A stretch of DNA of 63,124 nucleotides, the filler included, from Octopus bimaculoides (Eukaryota): assembly GCF_001194135.2 (NCBI RefSeq). It is 6 parts of 6 records of this genome, joined end to end, with 100 filler letters (N's around TTAATTAATTAA, not from the genome) between each part and the next. Parts side by side here need not be neighbours in the genome. Positions count along the whole stretch, not along the records: positions 55,187 to 63,124 come from NC_068989.1; 5 more parts are not named here. The stretch is one strand, 5' to 3'. The notes beneath the pieces are model-generated. The model saw nothing but the letters and a program-made list of their open reading frames with translations, was not told where the DNA came from and did no database searches. Made by a program: the position numbers and the translations under genes. Of this stretch, positions 61,380 to 63,124 are shown piece by piece (positions within the stretch are counted from its first letter, which is position 1; every line of letters starts with the position of its first letter).

Positions 61380-61860
61380 TTGCAGAATATAGTTCTTTTA
61401 TTGTTCGTTTTCTTCAACACAAATTGTGTTGATGCATCATGACACATTTCACGCTATGCTGATCCATCTAGGAATAATTTTCCAAGATGTTAAGTTAAGC
61501 TGTAGAGGTTTTAGTGATTGCTTGAATAGATCCTTATACCTAAGGACAGATATACATCTACTGCGATATTCCTCCACGGTTTGCCTGTATAAAAGAAGTT
61601 TTGGAATGCGGTCGTTTTTCGTTGGAACATGTCCCATCCATCTGCACTGAATTATCAGCAGTATGCTTCGAATACTGGAAATATCACATTCTTCAACGAT
61701 TTTGTATTTCACATATTATCTTGCCATTTTAGGTTGCAGATATTGCAACCTAAGGTTTCAAGTTTCTTTATATGTTTGTTGTAGGGAGTCCATGCCTCTG
61801 CCCCATACAAAAGTGTACTCAAAATAAGGATTTGTATACACGTATTTTACTTTTCCGACT
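61380..61860 (-). pseudogene. RTE/BovB-like LINE, decayed RT C-terminal fragment
   Basis: Reads ...KKLE...LKWQD...IRSILL..QCRWMGHV...DRIPKLLLY...RYKDLFKQSLK...SW, matching the LRW.GHV.RM..R.PK..LY...RYKD.LK pattern. Confidence 0.75.
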
Positions 61861-62713
61861 GACACCGTATTCGCGAATATAGAAGCACCTAATTCAGTGA
61901 AAGCGTTATACTCCTTTGATAGTTAAGCGTTTTCTTCTCGTATATAAGCGTATGTGTGTGTATTGATATTATATTATAGTATGTATAAATATATATATAT
62001 ATATANNNNNNNNNNNNNNNNNNNNNNNNNNNNNNNNNNNNNNNNNNNNNNNNNNNNNNNNNNNNNNNNNNNNNNNNNNNNNNNNNNNNNNNNNNNNNNN
62101 NNNNNNNNNNNNNNNNNNNNNNNNNNNNNNNNNNNNNNNNNNNNNNNNNNNNNNNNNNNNNNNNNNNNNNNNNNNNNNNNNNNNNNNNNNNNNNNNNNNN
62201 NNNNNNNNNNNNNNNNNNNNNNNNNNNNNNNNNNNNNNNNNNNNNNNNNNNNNNNNNNNNNNNNNNNNNNNNNNNNNNNNNNNNNNNNNNNNNNNNNNNN
62301 NNNNNNNNNNNNNNNNNNNNNNNNNNNNNNNNNNNNNNNNNNNNNNNNNNNNNNNNNNNNNNNNNNNNNNNNNNNNNNNNNNNNNNNNNNNNNNNNNNNN
62401 NNNNNNNNNNNNNNNNNNNNNNNNNNNNNNNNNNNNNNNNNNNNNNNNNNNNNNNNNNNNNNNNNNNNNNNNNNNNNNNNNNNNNNNNNNNNNNNNNNNN
62501 NNNNNNNNNNNNNNNNNNNNNNNNNNNNNNNNNNNNNNNNNNNNNNNNNNNNNNNNNNNNNNNNNNNNNNNNNNNNNNNNNNNNNNNNNNNNNNNNNNNN
62601 NNNNNNNNNNNNNNNNNNNNNNNNNNNNNNNNNNNNNNNNNNATATATATATATATATATATATATATACATGTCTATACATATGCATACATATGTATAC
62701 AAATATATACATA

Positions 62714-62900
62714 TCTATATATATAAAACTGAGAAAGTATGTCTGTCTGTCTATGTTTCTGTATGTGTGCATCGCCAAAACTCGAAAACTACCCAACCGA
62801 TTTCATTCAAATTTTATACATGCTTACTTAGGGTCCATGCAGTGTCATGGGCCAAAGTAATTTTCAACTTCTTCCTTAATGTGAGCCCGGAGCAATCTCT
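62714..62900 (+). mobile_element. Non-autonomous Helitron-like 5' end (second copy)
   Basis: A|TCTATATATATAAAA...gtctgtctgtc...aaaactcgaaaactacccaaccgatttcattcaaatttt...cttacttaggg is shared with 15565. Confidence 0.6.
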
Positions 62901-63086
62901 TATCTCTTACACTATTTCAATATTACGTGTCGAACGTGAAAGAATGACATCTCTATTGTAATGTAAGATAATACTTTCAGTTTTAATAGTTTCACTATTA
63001 ATACTGAAACTATTATCTCACATATATATATATGCATATATACATACATACACACATACATACATACATACATACACACACACACA

Positions 63087-63124
<38 letters not shown>

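Overview
AT-rich eukaryotic DNA that is dense in microsatellites and broken by many gaps. It is most likely octopus or another coleoid cephalopod; this is inferred from the SINE families and the TA/CA/GATA/AAT repeat load, not proven. The window is not one locus. Five identical 100-bp spacers (44 N + TTAATTAATTAA + 44 N) join six unrelated scaffolds: 1-5976, 6077-15758, 15859-33697, 33798-47033, 47134-55086 and 55187-63124. Nearly all listed ORFs are microsatellite or N-gap artefacts. Real coding remnants are decayed transposons: an R4/Dong-type endonuclease, two RTE LINE fragments, a near full-length mariner, deleted pogo and Tc1/mariner elements, a Ty3/gypsy RT-RNase H piece and a Penelope-like GIY-YIG domain. 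Four tRNA-type SINE families, Helitron ends, MITEs and two degenerate satellites (40-bp and 44-bp period) are also present. The best candidate for something new is a spliced minus-strand micro-ORF missed by the ORF track (20237-20139 joined to 19931-19878). It would encode a 50-aa peptide with a single C-terminal transmembrane helix and a regulin-like (phospholamban/sarcolamban) layout. Other leads are four dispersed minimal hammerhead-ribozyme motifs, Penelope remnants with inverted termini, a TATA/Inr-driven small acidic ORF, and a perfect 116-bp MITE with an 8-bp TSD and a TTAGGG core.
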